Shown: piece by piece, positions 38,433 through 47,927 of the stretch
Layout: each line of letters begins with the position of its first letter
How positions within the stretch are numbered: position 1 is the first letter of the stretch
Translations under genes and position numbers: made by a program
The notes under the pieces: model-generated
Told to the model about the DNA's origin: nothing
What the model saw: only the letters and a program-made list of their open reading frames with translations
Databases searched by the model: none
DNA from: Candidatus Micrarchaeota archaeon
Lineage (GTDB): Archaea; Micrarchaeota; Micrarchaeia; Anstonellales; Bilamarchaeaceae
Reading direction: 5' to 3'
Assembly: GCA_018812625.1 (NCBI GenBank)
Contig: JAHJDH010000010.1
Coordinates: forward strand, 918 to 64,917
DNA length: 64,000 nt

Positions 38433-39539
38433 ATGAAACGAGATTATTATGAAATTCTTGGCGTGGCAAAAAATGCAAGTGCGAGTGAGATAAAAAAAGC
38501 TTATCGAAAACTGGCACTCAAATATCATCCAGACAAAAACAAAGAGCCCAGTGCAGCTGAAAAATTCAAAGAGATTAGCGAAGCATATGCAGTTTTGAGC
38601 AATGATCAAAAACGAGCCCAGTATGACCAGTACGGCCATGCAGGCTTTGATCAAATGTATAGCCAGGAGGATATTTTCAGAAGTGCTGATTTTAGTGGTT
38701 TTGAAGATATGTTTGGAGGAGAAAGCCCGTTTGGAAGCGTTTTTGGATCAATGTTCAGCTCCATGTTTGGTGGGGGAAGAAGACGGGGAGACTACGGTGC
38801 GAATCTCGAAGTTCAGATTGCAATTAGCCTAGAAGAAGCTGCAAAAGGAACCAAAGTAGATGTTACATATAATCGAACAAAATCTTGCCCAGAATGCAAA
38901 GGGACAGGTGCAGAACCTGGAAGCCAAATGATTACCTGTAATGCATGCAATGGACGTGGACAGGTGAAACAAGCAAGGCGTGCCGGACCAATGGCATTTT
39001 ACACAGTAACAACATGTCAAAGATGCAGAGGAGAGGGAAAATCAGTTGAAAAACCCTGCAAACAATGCAATGGATCTGCAAAAGTCAGCTCAAAGGAACA
39101 TATCAAAGCAGATATTCCAGCTGGAATTCATAGTGGAATGAGATTGCATTTGGAAGGCCTTGGAGAGTTTGGAAAGGACGCACCAGGAGATTTATATGTT
39201 AGAGTGTTTGTAAAAGAACACAAAAAATTCCAACGAGAGGGAGATGATCTTCTTATTGAGATGCCCATAAGCTTCCCGCAAGCAGCACTTGGAGCTCAGA
39301 TAAAAGTACCAACCCTATTTGGACATGCAAAACTTACCATCCCATCAGGAACCATGTCTCACACAATCTTCAGGCTTAGAGAAGAGGGAATGCCAAGACT
39401 AAATAGAAGAGGGAAGGGAGATGAGATGGTGAGGGTCATAATAGAAGTTCCGAAAAAACTCACCAAAGCGCAAAAAGAACTCCTGAAGGAACTCGAAAAA
39501 ACAAAAGAAGATAAAGATAAGTTCCTCGGGTTTATTTGA
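38433..39539 (+). CDS. dnaJ: Hsp40 co-chaperone DnaJ (type I)
   Basis: [16 protein letters not shown], a G/F-rich region, four CxxCxGxG zinc-finger repeats and C-terminal substrate-binding domains. The ATG at 38433 is preferred over the track start at 38388. Confidence 0.95.
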   Translation: MKRDYYEILGVAKNASASEIKKAYRKLALKYHPDKNKEPSAAEKFKEISEAYAVLSNDQKRAQYDQYGHAGFDQMYSQEDIFRSADFSGFEDMFGGESPFGSVFGSMFSSMFGGGRRRGDYGANLEVQIAISLEEAAKGTKVDVTYNRTKSCPECKGTGAEPGSQMITCNACNGRGQVKQARRAGPMAFYTVTTCQRCRGEGKSVEKPCKQCNGSAKVSSKEHIKADIPAGIHSGMRLHLEGLGEFGKDAPGDLYVRVFVKEHKKFQREGDDLLIEMPISFPQAALGAQIKVPTLFGHAKLTIPSGTMSHTIFRLREEGMPRLNRRGKGDEMVRVIIEVPKKLTKAQKELLKELEKTKEDKDKFLGFI

Positions 39540-40419
39540 GAAACTCTATAAGATCTGATTCTAAAGTAGTACCTTCAAAAAGATCAGTTCCGTGGTTAGA
39601 GCCTTCATATATTTTTACTGTGGTTTTAGAAGAGCTTTCTGCTTCGATTTCTGAAACAGCACTGGCAGAATAGTAATCAGCTCTGGCAGTTGCAAGGAAC
39701 AATGGATGTATATAGTCATCAACAGAAGTACTTATTTTAACATCACGATACTCCATACCAGGAGAAATCATTGCAAGTTTTACAATATCAGAATCCAGTT
39801 TAGTTGCAAGAATACCTGCACTTGAGCCCATACTTGCCCCAACGACATAAACATTGTCAATCGTAGGATATCTTGTTTTGAGGTATTGCCTTGCTTCAGC
39901 TATATCAGATGCCATTCCCTTGAATTCAGTAAGTCCGAATTGATCCCAGTTGCCAAAGTTGGTGCTTTTTCCTTGGCCTCGAGGGTCTAAGGTTATGATA
40001 ACTGCATCTGGTATGTTGTTATGGATTGATTCGACAAAGCTTTGTGGATAGCTATCTCGAGTTTGCCCAAGCATTGGAACAAGAATTACTGCTTTTTCTG
40101 GATTGTATTTATCAGTTTTTGAAGTATAGAGCGTTCCATAAATTTCCCAACCAGATGACTTGAACATAATTTCTTCGGAGTTCAAGGATGATTGTTCCGA
40201 GACATGGTCTTCTTCTGGTTCTGTAACTTCATTAGGCAATGTTTCTTCAGTAACCACTTCTTTGGGTTCTGTTGAATCATCAGAAGATTCACTCTGATTT
40301 GAAGCAGGTTCTAAAGGAGCATCTGGCAGGGTTTGCTCGGTGGTTTTGGTAGTTGGAGCACCAGTTTGCGTGCATCCAACAAGTAGACCAAAGAGAATAA
40401 GAAAAATAAAAATTTTCAT
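39532..40419 (-). CDS. Secreted alpha/beta-hydrolase lipoprotein
   Basis: Signal peptide plus LLVGCTQ lipobox, an acidic linker, the GASMGS nucleophile elbow (GxSxG) and a C-terminal His. Confidence 0.7.
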   Translation of the reverse strand: MKIFIFLILFGLLVGCTQTGAPTTKTTEQTLPDAPLEPASNQSESSDDSTEPKEVVTEETLPNEVTEPEEDHVSEQSSLNSEEIMFKSSGWEIYGTLYTSKTDKYNPEKAVILVPMLGQTRDSYPQSFVESIHNNIPDAVIITLDPRGQGKSTNFGNWDQFGLTEFKGMASDIAEARQYLKTRYPTIDNVYVVGASMGSSAGILATKLDSDIVKLAMISPGMEYRDVKISTSVDDYIHPLFLATARADYYSASAVSEIEAESSSKTTVKIYEGSNHGTDLFEGTTLESDLIEFLK

Positions 40420-40422
40420 GGA

Positions 40423-40776
40423 TTACCTTCTCCTTTTCTTTTTTGAAGTTTTTTTCTTAGAAGATTTTTTTACGGGGTTCTTCTTTGAGACCTTCTTTAC
40501 AATCTTTTTCGTTGTTGTTTTTTTCTTTGAAGGTTTCTTCTTCACAGCTTTCTTGGCAGTTACATGGGTATGTACATGTGTATGAGCTGGCTGTTGGGAT
40601 AAAGTCTCGATTCCAACTGCCATCAGATCAAGTGTAACTGAAAGTTTATCAAGTGAAATCACAAGACGATCTAACCAGCTTGCAACTAATTCTGCATCTG
40701 CAGTTTCTCCAGATTCATACATCTCTTCCCTGATAATCCTCAAGTCCTCTTGAAACTCTTTTACGGTTTTTATCAT
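40423..40776 (-). CDS. Small coiled-coil protein with an HTHVHTHV segment and a lysine-rich (H1-like) C-terminal tail
   Basis: 117 aa. The last approximately 45 residues are about 50 % Lys/Arg (KKAVKKKPSKKKTTTKKIVKKVSKKNPVKKSSKKKTSKKKRRR). Confidence 0.55.
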   Translation of the reverse strand: MIKTVKEFQEDLRIIREEMYESGETADAELVASWLDRLVISLDKLSVTLDLMAVGIETLSQQPAHTHVHTHVTAKKAVKKKPSKKKTTTKKIVKKVSKKNPVKKSSKKKTSKKKRRR

Positions 40777-40809
40777 ATCTTCACCTTAAAACGCTAACCA
40801 AGTTAGATT

Positions 40810-41556
40810 TTATAAGTTTTTCAATTTTCCGGCAATCTCAAGAACCTCCTCTTTTGTAAGAGTTCTGCCGCGTTTTTTTGCAAACTTGTCAATAAGAGCA
40901 ACTTCTTCTTTTGTAAACATCTTTGAATCTAAAAGTGCATTCTTCACAGTCTTGTTTTTGTGCTGGAAGATATATCTAATCACATTCTCTTCAAATTGAG
41001 TTAGCTTTTTTCCAGTTGGTTTGAGAAGAATAATTGCAGAGTCAACTTCAGGTACGGGATTGAATAAGTGACGAAGAACGATGCGCTCAAGTTTCGTCTC
41101 AAAGCTAAGCTGAGATGTAACACTCAGCCTCCCGTAGTTCCGATCTCCAGGCTTCGCAATCATTTTCTGTGCAAACTCTTTTTGCACCATCAAAACAGCC
41201 AAATTTACTGGAATAGTTTTGATTTTGAAAACAATATCCGAAGATATGTAATATGGAATATTTCCAATAATTACATCAACTTTTGGAAGTTCAATTTCAA
41301 GAAAATCACCTTCAAGAACTTCTATATTATTGAATTTTTCTCGAAGAAGAGCCGCAAAACGAGAGTCTTTTTCAACAACATAAACTTTTTTGGGGTTTTG
41401 TCTGAGCAAAGCTTTAGTTAGCCTGCCATCACCAGCAACAATTTCAAGAACAGTCTTGCCCTTTATTTTTGCAAGTTTTGCCTCTAAGTCCAGGATATTC
41501 TTATCCTCAAGAAAACATTGTCCAAGTCTTTTGTTCTTAGATGGCGTTTTGCTCAC
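40810..41556 (-). CDS. rsmA: 16S rRNA (adenine1518/1519-N6)-dimethyltransferase KsgA/Dim1
   Basis: LGQCFL.D.NI N-terminus, a SAM-binding VLEI.AGDG motif and NIPY(Y)ISS, typical of the RsmA/KsgA family. Confidence 0.9.
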   Translation of the reverse strand: MSKTPSKNKRLGQCFLEDKNILDLEAKLAKIKGKTVLEIVAGDGRLTKALLRQNPKKVYVVEKDSRFAALLREKFNNIEVLEGDFLEIELPKVDVIIGNIPYYISSDIVFKIKTIPVNLAVLMVQKEFAQKMIAKPGDRNYGRLSVTSQLSFETKLERIVLRHLFNPVPEVDSAIILLKPTGKKLTQFEENVIRYIFQHKNKTVKNALLDSKMFTKEEVALIDKFAKKRGRTLTKEEVLEIAGKLKNL

Positions 41557-41791
41557 TTTTTTTTCCCTCTATCACAAGTACTGCATCTATGAAGCCATAT
41601 GCATAATTTGCTGCTCCAAATGATGAAAAATAATCCTGTTTTTCATAAAAGTGCTTTGAATCTGCTCCGTAATTTTCTGCATATTCAAGAACCTGAGGAT
41701 ATTTCTTGCCAAGACCCATCTCCTTGAAAATTTTGATGATCTTGTCCAGTTTGTCGATATCTTTTTTTGCACGCTCATCAATTTTCATCAC
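41537..41791 (-). CDS. DUF357-family protein (conserved archaeal neighbour of ksgA)
   Basis: 84 aa. ..A.NY..D...F....D...SFGAANYAYGFIDA.. matches my recollection of DUF357. Its 3' end overlaps the ksgA start. Confidence 0.55.
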   Translation of the reverse strand: MMKIDERAKKDIDKLDKIIKIFKEMGLGKKYPQVLEYAENYGADSKHFYEKQDYFSSFGAANYAYGFIDAVLVIEGKKSEQNAI

Positions 41792-41793
41792 AA

Positions 41794-42306
41794 TCAGACC
41801 TCCCTAAGAATTTCAGCTAGAGGACGCCTTGTAGACTTTTGAGGCGATTCTCCGGAATATCCAATGGGAATAATTGCAACAGGAACAAGATAAGGATCTG
41901 CAGAAATGATTCTTGAAACTTCAAGAGGGTCAAAAGCCCCAACCCAAACAGAAGAAAGGCCCTCGGCAGAAGCTGCAAGCTGGCAATAAGATGCCACGAT
42001 AGAAGCATCCTGCTCCGCATAAAGCTCTCCACGATCCTCATATTTGGTTGAAGAGCGCTTTACATCTGCACAAAAGACAAGAACTGTCGGAGCTTGAGAT
42101 AAAAAATCCTGATAGGAACATGCTCCAACAAGCTCAGTCTTTGCATCCTTTGAATTCACGACATATATACCATAGGATTGAAGATTTCCTGCAGATGGCG
42201 CACTCATGGCTGCCTTGAGCACTTTTCCAAGTTTTTGTGGCTCAATTTCTTTATCCAAAAAACTTCTACTGGAATGTCGGTTTTCCAAAACTTCATAAAA
42301 TTCCAT
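41794..42306 (-). CDS. Nitroreductase-family flavoprotein
   Basis: MEFYEVLENRHSSRSF N-terminus and SAPSAGNLQ motif. The 33-aa upstream extension in the ORF track looks non-coding. Confidence 0.8.
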   Translation of the reverse strand: MEFYEVLENRHSSRSFLDKEIEPQKLGKVLKAAMSAPSAGNLQSYGIYVVNSKDAKTELVGACSYQDFLSQAPTVLVFCADVKRSSTKYEDRGELYAEQDASIVASYCQLAASAEGLSSVWVGAFDPLEVSRIISADPYLVPVAIIPIGYSGESPQKSTRRPLAEILREV

Positions 42307-42393
42307 AAAGGAATGATATGTCCTAAATATAAAAAAACCAGTGTGTGAGCTGAATAAATGGAAATTAAAGGATTTTGTTACAAGTAAATAATT

Positions 42394-42852
42394 ATGTGTG
42401 CTCAAGAGGTAAAAGAACCATCAAAGGAACTACAAAGGGAATTCTATACTCCACAAGAAAGAATTGAAATTAGATTAACTGAATTTTTACAGGCTGTTAG
42501 AGCTGCTCCTCTAAGAGACATAAAAAGTGAAGCAAATCATATTGCTCAGTCCATGACTCATCTGGCAAATGGATTAGAGCCTGGAAGAAGCGAGGAAGAG
42601 GACAGGCATATAGAGAGACTTAGATCATTTGCAGATGACCTTCGGCAAACTGCTGAGCAGACTACTGGACTCAATAGAGGAACTCTGGAGACGCAGATTA
42701 TTGCTGGACACAGGTTACTTGCTCAGTTCAGAAGTTGGGCAAGGGAAAATAGAAGACCTGGAGGACTCATGGCATGGCCTGATACTGGAGACTTTATGCC
42801 AAGAGTAGGTCAAAGAGCTCCAATATCAAGTGGACTGCAAAGAGAGTTCTAA
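42394..42852 (+). CDS. Hypothetical helical protein (152 aa)
   Basis: Intact ORF with charged helical composition. No recognisable family. Confidence 0.4.
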   Translation: MCAQEVKEPSKELQREFYTPQERIEIRLTEFLQAVRAAPLRDIKSEANHIAQSMTHLANGLEPGRSEEEDRHIERLRSFADDLRQTAEQTTGLNRGTLETQIIAGHRLLAQFRSWARENRRPGGLMAWPDTGDFMPRVGQRAPISSGLQREF

Positions 42853-42880
42853 TCAATTATAAAATAAGATAAAGATGAGT

Positions 42881-42994
42881 GTCAGCAGCAGTGCACTTTT
42901 CCGCTCGAAGAGCAGTACTCGTAACACCGTAGAGGGGCTTGACTTCTGAGTTCGGAATGAGATCAGGTATTTCCCCCTCCCTATGGCCGCTAAC
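42881..42994 (-). rRNA. rrf: 5S ribosomal RNA (solitary)
   Basis: The minus strand reads GUUAGCGGCCAUAGGGAGGGGGAAAUACCUGAUCUCAUUCCGAACUCAGAAGUCAAGCCCCUCUACGG...GCUGCUGAC. This includes the universal CCGAAC..GAAGU.AAGC loop C/helix III-IV motifs, and a 9-bp helix I closes the ends. Ends are accurate to about 3 nt. Confidence 0.85.
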
Positions 42995-43016
42995 AGAATT
43001 CTTATGAGATGACGGG

Positions 43017-43024
43017 TTTTTAAA
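43017..43024 (-). promoter_or_regulatory. TATA box (TTTAAAAA on the minus strand) for the 5S rRNA gene
   Basis: Ends 22 nt upstream of the inferred 5S 5' end, which is the expected archaeal spacing. Confidence 0.45.
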
Positions 43025-43110
43025 GGTTTCCAAGAGCATGTTTGAACTCAGAGCACACCTCACAAAACAGATAGTTGGCTTTAAAAAAACAGAGGAGAAT
43101 ATTCTATTTT

Positions 43111-44616
43111 ATGCATCAGCATTGGTCAGAATGGTTAGCGGATAGAGTTATTGAAGAAAAAAAAGAGCCATATGTAATTAGTGGCGGAATGACAACGTCA
43201 GGCCCAGTACATTTTGGAACTCTTTGTGAATTACTGTTTCCATCAGCAATCAAAAAAGCATTGGAAAAAAGAGGCAAGAAATGCAAATACTATTTTGTTG
43301 CAGATATCTTTGATGCTTTTGATTCAGTACCCAAATCAATGGAAGAATTTACTGCAGAACTTGAGCCGCATCTTGGAAAGCCACTATGCGATGTTCCAGA
43401 CCCAACTGGAAAAAGCAAAAGTTTTGGAGACCATTATCTTGATGAGGCAAAAGACCTTATGAAGAAATTCGGAATTGATGCAGAAGTTATCAGAATTAAT
43501 GAATACTATGAAAAGGGAAAGTTCGATGAGTATGCCAGATTCTATTTAGCAAATGAGGCCGAGGCAAGAAAAATCGTTGAAGATACAAGTGGAAAAACTG
43601 AGAAAAAGGATTGGTCACCTCTTATGCCAGTGTGCCAAAGCTGCGGAAAAATTGCAACTACACGGGTACTTTCACACGATGAAGATGAATATGAGTATGC
43701 TTGCGACAAGGATGTCAAATACGTAAAGGGATGCGGATTCAAAGGAAAAAACAGTATCAGTGATCACAAATACAAGATAGTCTGGAGACTTCATTGGCCA
43801 GCGTGGAAACAAATTTTTGGATCAAGCATTGAGGGTGCTGGAGTAGATCATCATACAAAAGGCGGAAGTGAGGATACCTGCGAGGCGATTACAAAGCAGC
43901 TTATGAAAAAGGATTATCATATTCCATACAAATATGGATTCATATTATTCCAGGGCAAAAAATACTCCAAATCAAAAGGAACTGGAATGGGCATAAGTGA
44001 GATCAGCACACTTCTAATGCCTGAAGTGATAAAGTATATGTTGCTCAAACCAGATCTTGAAGAAAACATAGATATTGATCCACAAAGCGAGAAAATACTT
44101 AGAAAAATCGAAGAATTTGAAGGCGCATCGAGATTAAAGCTTGATGAACCTGAGATCAGCAGATCAGACAGGAAAAAAGCAATTGCATATGGACTTAGTA
44201 CCGATAATGCGAACTGGAAGGCATCATTTCTAGATGTTCTTTTGTATTTCCAGCTATACCAAAGCTGGGAAAAGGTAGGAGAACTTACAAAAGACCCAGA
44301 AGGAGTAGCATACCTCAAACCCTACATCGAGGAATGGATCAAAAGAGGATTTATGCCCGAAGATTACAAATTCAGATATGAACCAAAAGAACCAAGTGCA
44401 AATGCAAGAAAATTCTTTGAAAGTCTTGAAAACGAAATGGACGCGCTTGCTGTGCACAATGCAGTATTTGAATTTGCCAAGGCAAATGGAATGGAGCCAA
44501 AAGCACTCTTTGCAGATATTTACCAAGCACTTATTGGAAAACCGCGTGGACCAAGGCTTGGAAAACTTATAGCTGCACTTAGTGTTGATAAAGTAAAGAA
44601 AGATTTGAGGATATGA
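43111..44616 (+). CDS. lysK: Class I lysyl-tRNA synthetase
   Basis: Rossmann-fold aaRS with a HIGH-like GPVHFGT motif and a KMSKS-like KYSKSKG motif. Its length and overall layout are typical of archaeal LysRS-I. The ATG at 43111 is preferred over the TTG at 43075. Confidence 0.88.
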   Translation: MHQHWSEWLADRVIEEKKEPYVISGGMTTSGPVHFGTLCELLFPSAIKKALEKRGKKCKYYFVADIFDAFDSVPKSMEEFTAELEPHLGKPLCDVPDPTGKSKSFGDHYLDEAKDLMKKFGIDAEVIRINEYYEKGKFDEYARFYLANEAEARKIVEDTSGKTEKKDWSPLMPVCQSCGKIATTRVLSHDEDEYEYACDKDVKYVKGCGFKGKNSISDHKYKIVWRLHWPAWKQIFGSSIEGAGVDHHTKGGSEDTCEAITKQLMKKDYHIPYKYGFILFQGKKYSKSKGTGMGISEISTLLMPEVIKYMLLKPDLEENIDIDPQSEKILRKIEEFEGASRLKLDEPEISRSDRKKAIAYGLSTDNANWKASFLDVLLYFQLYQSWEKVGELTKDPEGVAYLKPYIEEWIKRGFMPEDYKFRYEPKEPSANARKFFESLENEMDALAVHNAVFEFAKANGMEPKALFADIYQALIGKPRGPRLGKLIAALSVDKVKKDLRI

Positions 44617-45224
44617 CAACAGTTTTGAAGATTACAGAGGAAGACTTCGATGTTGCAATAGATGCAGCGATTGCAGTTTTGAGATCAGGAGGGTTGATTA
44701 TATACCCAACAGATACGGTTTATGGGATAGGAGCAGATGCAACATCTGAAAGCGCAGTAAAAAAAGTCCATGTGCTAAAAGAATCAGATCCATCTAAACC
44801 ATTATCAGTCCTGGTAGGGGGCCTGGAAGTAGTAGAACAGTACTGTGATACCGGAATTTGGGAAGATATGATAATTAAGAATTTCCTTCCTGGACCATAT
44901 ACATTTATTCTAAAAAAACGTGGAGTGCTAGCAGCTTCACAAAATGAAAAAATTGGAATCCGTTTTTCTGAAAACTTGTTTTGTCAGTATCTTGCACAAA
45001 AATTTGGCAGGCCAATAATAACAACAAGTGCAAACAAAACAGGAGACGCACCTCCGGTTAGCTTTGATGAGGTTAACTCAAAAATAGTCGAAGGTGCAGA
45101 TCTTGCAATTGATGGAGGGCAAACAAAATACAGGGGACCATCTCTTGTTATTGATTTGATTACACATAAGATGATCAGAGATGGAGGAGAGGAAATTGAC
45201 CTTCTTGAACTTCCAGAAAGTTAA
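44613..45224 (+). CDS. tsaC: L-threonylcarbamoyladenylate synthase (Sua5/YwlC/TsaC family, single domain)
   Basis: 203 aa. GGLIIYPTDTVYGIGADA, SANKTGD motifs. ATGA overlap with the lysK stop. Confidence 0.85.
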   Translation: MTTVLKITEEDFDVAIDAAIAVLRSGGLIIYPTDTVYGIGADATSESAVKKVHVLKESDPSKPLSVLVGGLEVVEQYCDTGIWEDMIIKNFLPGPYTFILKKRGVLAASQNEKIGIRFSENLFCQYLAQKFGRPIITTSANKTGDAPPVSFDEVNSKIVEGADLAIDGGQTKYRGPSLVIDLITHKMIRDGGEEIDLLELPES

Positions 45225-46258
45225 AACCAGTTATCGAGTTTGCTTTGAGCAGCGCGTTCTTTTACTCGTTTTTGTAAATCTCCCATGATTTTTACAATCC
45301 TATCCTCAGAAAAATCATGCTCATCCACAAGCAACTTGGAAATGGATTCCTCGTCCAATTGACCAAATTTGAGATTCTCAACTGGTTTATATGGAGGATC
45401 AAGGAATAAGTGGAATACTTCCTCGGCATCAACCTCAAATTGATAATCATATTTTTCTTTTACATATGCAATGATCTCGTCGAGAGTTTTATGCTCTCGC
45501 ACTATTTTAAGAGCGGTTTTTGGACCAACTCCACGGATTCCTTCATTGAAATCAGTACCAGAGAGCATTCCGATAAATATCAACGAAGTACGATCAATTT
45601 GCAGCGATGAGAGGGTTTCTTTGAGATTGATTAGTTCTGGCTCAACCATAATGTACCTATTTTGACGCGGGACTTTTATTCTTCCTGTTATGGATAGATT
45701 TCGAAGAAGAAGGGGAGAGCCGAACATCATAGCATCATAATCCTGAGATGCAGTAGCATGTGCAAGGCCTTGCTGAACCATGATAGCAGCCTGCGCTTCA
45801 CCGTCTGATGGAGCTTGTACAACAGGAATTCCCATAGACTCGAGAAGCTGCATGCTCTCCTTCACCATTAGCGGGGTTAGTTTTGATGTTGCTTGTGCAA
45901 ACTTTCTTGCATCAGCATATTTTTCTTGCTCTAGTGCTTCTTTCCATTTCTGCTCTGCCTGTTTTTTTATTGTCTTTCGCTCAGTTTGAACCCTTTGCTT
46001 CAAAGGATGTGCCTTGCCATCAAAAACATATATTGGTTTAATGCCAGCATCAAGAAATTTGGCATTTCGGTAGAAAAGACCAGAGAGATGAGCAGTGATA
46101 TTGCCCTTAAAATCACTTAGAGGAGTCCCATCTTCCTGCCTTATTGAAGCTAAGAACTGATAGATGATATTGAATGCATCAACAGCAATGATTTTACCAG
46201 AAAGTGAGGGAAGTGCAATCGTATTTTTAACAGCCAGATCTCCAAGGTCTACTCCCAT
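45221..46258 (-). CDS. fen: Flap endonuclease 1
   Basis: 345 aa. MGVDLGDL N-terminus, XPG-N/XPG-I acidic motifs (AVDAFN, PSDGEAQ, SQDYDA.MFG) and a C-terminal PIP-like ..QSKLDNWF. Confidence 0.95.
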   Translation of the reverse strand: MGVDLGDLAVKNTIALPSLSGKIIAVDAFNIIYQFLASIRQEDGTPLSDFKGNITAHLSGLFYRNAKFLDAGIKPIYVFDGKAHPLKQRVQTERKTIKKQAEQKWKEALEQEKYADARKFAQATSKLTPLMVKESMQLLESMGIPVVQAPSDGEAQAAIMVQQGLAHATASQDYDAMMFGSPLLLRNLSITGRIKVPRQNRYIMVEPELINLKETLSSLQIDRTSLIFIGMLSGTDFNEGIRGVGPKTALKIVREHKTLDEIIAYVKEKYDYQFEVDAEEVFHLFLDPPYKPVENLKFGQLDEESISKLLVDEHDFSEDRIVKIMGDLQKRVKERAAQSKLDNWF

Positions 46259-46747
46259 TTACTCCTGCTCCAGCATATCCTCAAGTGTGGGTTCTTTGAA
46301 ATTCTTCACAGAAGTAACATTAGAAGGACCAGAACCAGGTTTTTCTATAAGAATAATTTTTAGCTCTTTTTGAATTTTCTTTGCAGTTTCAAGTGTTGGC
46401 ATGATCCTGCCGCTTTCTATTGCATGCATATAATTTCCTCTTTCCATGATGCGAGAGGCAAGCTCCTCTATTGTCAAACCTGCTTTTTGACGCGCTTTTC
46501 TAATAACAGTACCCCAATTTTCAATAATCTCCTCGTCAGTAGCAGCATTTTTTGGAAGAGGTTTTGCTGGCATTGCCCTCAGCGGCTCGTTAGAATCATC
46601 ACTGTCCCTAAAGTAATGTATTACTTTCCCGCCTTTCATACACCTGGAACAAGCAAGCATTTTCGCACCTTCAATAAGAATTTGCGCTCTGATGGGCGAA
46701 TTTCCACAAATATCACAAGAAAGATCCATGAAGAAATGTTTGTTCAA
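46259..46747 (-). CDS. Archaeal multiprotein-bridging-factor-1-like regulator (zinc ribbon plus XRE HTH)
   Basis: N-terminal CDICG..(x)..CSRC zinc ribbon and a C-terminal HTH_3 domain (IRKARQKAGLTIEELASRI). Confidence 0.8.
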   Translation of the reverse strand: MNKHFFMDLSCDICGNSPIRAQILIEGAKMLACSRCMKGGKVIHYFRDSDDSNEPLRAMPAKPLPKNAATDEEIIENWGTVIRKARQKAGLTIEELASRIMERGNYMHAIESGRIMPTLETAKKIQKELKIILIEKPGSGPSNVTSVKNFKEPTLEDMLEQE

Positions 46748-46781
46748 TAGCTATAAAAATCCCTAACCCCAATCTAGTTCT

Positions 46782-47927
46782 ATGATTATTTTAGGAATAA
46801 TAGTAGCGATAGCCATTGGCTTGTTCTGGCTTATTTTAGAGCAGGACATACCAGGATTATGGAAATTCTTGCTAGTATTTATTGAAATGCTTGCAGTTAG
46901 TCAAATATTCATCAAAAGATATAAGCTTCCAAGTGAACTTGGACTTGTTTTGATAAAAAGCAAAAAAGGGATAGACCTCATCGATAAAATTTCAAAATCA
47001 GGAAAAATATTTGATTTTTTATCTGATGTTGGAAACTCAATTGCATATGGTCTTCTTAGCCTAGTCATTACTAGAAAAAACACCACGCCGGTAAAATTGG
47101 TTCTTGGACTTGTGATACTCGCAGTTGTTTCTCTATTGGTTGCTCCTACTGCATGGTTCCTTTTATCCGGACTTATGGGGGTTGGAGGAGAAGATGGAGA
47201 CTCAGTAAAATCAATCTCAAATGATAATGGACTTATTAGTCTTCCAGTAGTTGCAGGACTATTGCTCGTTGGAGGATTATTTTTGTTTATACTATTTGGG
47301 ATTGTCTATTATGGAGCAGTTGTGCTCAGCCGAGTAATCAATTACCTAGCTTTTGGAAATACGGATATATTGACTACTGAACCAGGCGGAACATTCCTCC
47401 TGCCAGGAGTAAATCTACCGCTTTTTGAAGGAATTATTGCACTTACAATAGTAATGATTGTGCATGAAGGAGCTCATGCCATACTTGCCAGAATTGGAAA
47501 AGTTCCGATCGAATCATCTGGAATCGTCCTATTTGGAATTATACCAGTAGGAGCATTTGTAGAGCCGGACGAAGAAAAACTAAGAAAAACAGATCAGATA
47601 AGACAGACAAGGGTTTTGGTTGCAGGAGCAACATCAAATCTAATAACAAGCTGTCTTGTATTTGCATTGTTCTTTGCATTTGCATGGACTGCAAATGGTT
47701 TTGGACTTGGACAAAATGAGGCAGTTGTATTTGTTAAAACGACACTTATGCTTACATTCGCACTGAATTTCATTGTAGGTGCAGTTAACCTATTGCCACT
47801 TCCAGTGTTTGATGGATACAGAATAATAGAAACAAACATAAAAAACAAATTAGTAGTACAGGCAATTATGTACGTGGCACTGATTTCCTTTGCACTGAAC
47901 TTCCTGCCCTGGTTCTTCCACGCTTAG
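46782..47927 (+). CDS. Site-2 protease family (M50) intramembrane metalloprotease
   Basis: Polytopic membrane protein with an HEGAHAILA (HExxH) motif within a TM segment and an LLPLPVFDG (NxxPxxxLDG-like) motif. Confidence 0.8.
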   Translation: MIILGIIVAIAIGLFWLILEQDIPGLWKFLLVFIEMLAVSQIFIKRYKLPSELGLVLIKSKKGIDLIDKISKSGKIFDFLSDVGNSIAYGLLSLVITRKNTTPVKLVLGLVILAVVSLLVAPTAWFLLSGLMGVGGEDGDSVKSISNDNGLISLPVVAGLLLVGGLFLFILFGIVYYGAVVLSRVINYLAFGNTDILTTEPGGTFLLPGVNLPLFEGIIALTIVMIVHEGAHAILARIGKVPIESSGIVLFGIIPVGAFVEPDEEKLRKTDQIRQTRVLVAGATSNLITSCLVFALFFAFAWTANGFGLGQNEAVVFVKTTLMLTFALNFIVGAVNLLPLPVFDGYRIIETNIKNKLVVQAIMYVALISFALNFLPWFFHA

